Assembly (NCBI GenBank): GCA_050084515.1
Contig: CM114271.1
Coordinates: 62,001 to 126,000, forward strand
DNA: 64,000 nucleotides
From: Blasia pusilla
Lineage: Eukaryota
Direction: 5' to 3'
Under the pieces are notes generated by a model that was not told the origin of the DNA, ran no database searches, and saw only the letters and a list, made by a program, of their open reading frames with translations. Made by a program: the position numbers and the translations under genes. Shown in pieces: positions 62,290 to 64,000 of the stretch (within the stretch, counting starts at the first letter, position 1; the number at the start of each line of letters is the position of its first letter).

Positions 62290-64000
62290 TCTCTTAGGCC
62301 GATCTTAAACGTAATACTACTGTGGCTCATTCCACTCAACATGCCAATCATGGGAGGCCTTCAATACAACAACGCCTTCGATGAAGTCTACTTTTGGTGC
62401 AGGTTGGTGAGTTTTCACGTGCAGCTCGAGCATTGGGTCCTCTTTCTCCGACGATTCCAAGTGCGGAAAAAGTGGCTCTCTTAGAAGCTCTTCATCCTCC
62501 TTCAAGTGGCGATGCTCCATCTTTTGTGGAAGACTATACAACGGACCTTGACTTGAAGCTTGACTTGGAGGTTTTCACAAGGGCTTTTCTGCATACTCCT
62601 CGCTTATCAGCAAGCGGGCTATCAGGGATGGTTTTGAGCATCTCCGCGATTGCTTTATCCCAGCAAATTCAGCAAGTGGCTTTGTCTCTCTATATAAGGT
62701 GTGTGCACATATGGCGGCAGGTCGTCTCCCATTCTCTATCTCTAGGCTCTTAGGAGCTTGTTGTTTGTGGGCTATGGATAAGCCTCCTTTAGGTGTGCAA
62801 CCTTTGGCTATTGGAGAGGTTTTATATCGCTTGGTTAGTCAATCCCTATGCTTGCAATTACGTCCTCACTTTAGTGCCCACTTATTTCCTCATCAATTTG
62901 GAGTGGCAACTCCTAGAGGTTGTGGGTGTGGTGCATGGGATTCGCTCCACTCTTGATATTCATCGAGATTGGGTAGCAATTCAAGTCGATGTGGCTAACG
63001 CATTCAATTTAGTTTCTCATGCAGCCATCTTTGAGGAGTTCGTTGTGCAAGAGGACAACTTGCAAGCCTCATTCCATTTGCTTGCTCCTTCTATGTCGAT
63101 GATACGCCCATTATCTATTCCCATCATGCTACTGGGAATATAGTATTCTACAATCGGATGATCCCATGGGGGCCCAGTCTTTGCCATTGGCCATTTTCGT
63201 GCCCTTCGAGCATCAGCGCAAGCATTTCCATCTTGTCTTTTCCTTCTATTTGCTGATGACACTCACATTATAGGTCCTCCTTCTGAAGTGGTTCCTGCTT
63301 ATACCCATTTTGTGGAGCAACTCTCTTTCTTAAACCTTAAAGCCCAACCTAGTAAATGTGGAGTATGGTCTCCTTCATGCCTTCCCTCAACATTCATCCC
63401 ACCTACTCCTGATTTTCCCATCTACATTGAAGGGGTTAGAGTTCTTGGGGTCCCAATTGGCTTCATCGACTATGTCTCAAAGTTCTTCGATGAGACCCTT
63501 TTGAAAGACATGAAATGGCTTAATTTGTTACCTCATCTAGGGGATCCCCAAGTGGCATATGGGATTCTCTCCCAATATTTTCTACAATGTCCTTCCTACC
63601 TTCTTCGCACTTGTCCTCGCACTTCAAGGTTCTTACATCGGTTGGCCTCTTTTGATGCTTCTATCTTGGCAACTTTTGGTCAACTTCTTGGCCTGAATAC
63701 CTTTGAGGGAGAGGATGGTGTCTTTGTTTCACGACAAGCTATCTTGCCTATTTCTTTTGGAGGGGTGGGACTGTCCTCCACAGTCGTATCTGCTCCCGCA
63801 GCCTTTTTGGGGAGTTGGGCGTTGGTAGCACCGATTATGGCTTCAAGGTTTCTCCAAGGAGATATACTTATCTTGATGGATCATATCGCCCATGTAGAGG
63901 AGGGAGACTTCTTATTTCAACAATAACTGAGATCTGCCCGAGCTCTTCTTCCTCTTGCTACACAAGCAATTCTACCCCCTTTTAGTCAATTGATTACGGA
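62290..64000 (+). mobile_element. Duplicate of CRE-like element A (truncated by the window end)
   Basis: ORFs 62394..62753 and 63288..63926 match 15580-17120. Confidence 0.9.

Larger units (their letters stand above)
46879..64000 (+). repeat. Copy 2 of the segmental duplication (runs off the window)
   Basis: Near-identical to 1-17194, with clustered small indels. Confidence 0.97.

Overview
This is repeat-dense eukaryotic DNA, most likely from a non-seed land plant. That is an inference from moss-like gypsy gag, TTTAGGG telomere units and a CAG->TAG decay pattern. Almost all coding capacity is decayed transposon. The most striking element is a Ty3/gypsy LTR-retrotransposon family whose pol carries a DNMT3-like C5 cytosine methyltransferase between the aspartic protease and the RT, plus a PHD finger after the integrase. 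It occurs as two near-identical copies, a diverged relative and an integrase fragment. Also present are three copies of a MULE/MuDR transposase pseudogene, two different CRE-like non-LTR retrotransposons with restriction-like endonuclease, nested Helitron-like mini-elements, LTR relics and tandem repeats. One apparently intact host gene encodes a small secreted Cys-containing MiAMP1/beta-gamma-crystallin-like peptide (22481-22789). The first 17.2 kb recur almost identically 46.8 kb downstream. A 5.2-kb MULE segment recurs inverted and is joined to a gypsy fragment by a short telomeric-repeat filler. No tRNA, rRNA or CRISPR arrays were recognised. All family calls come from motif recognition by eye, not database searches, and most element boundaries are approximate.
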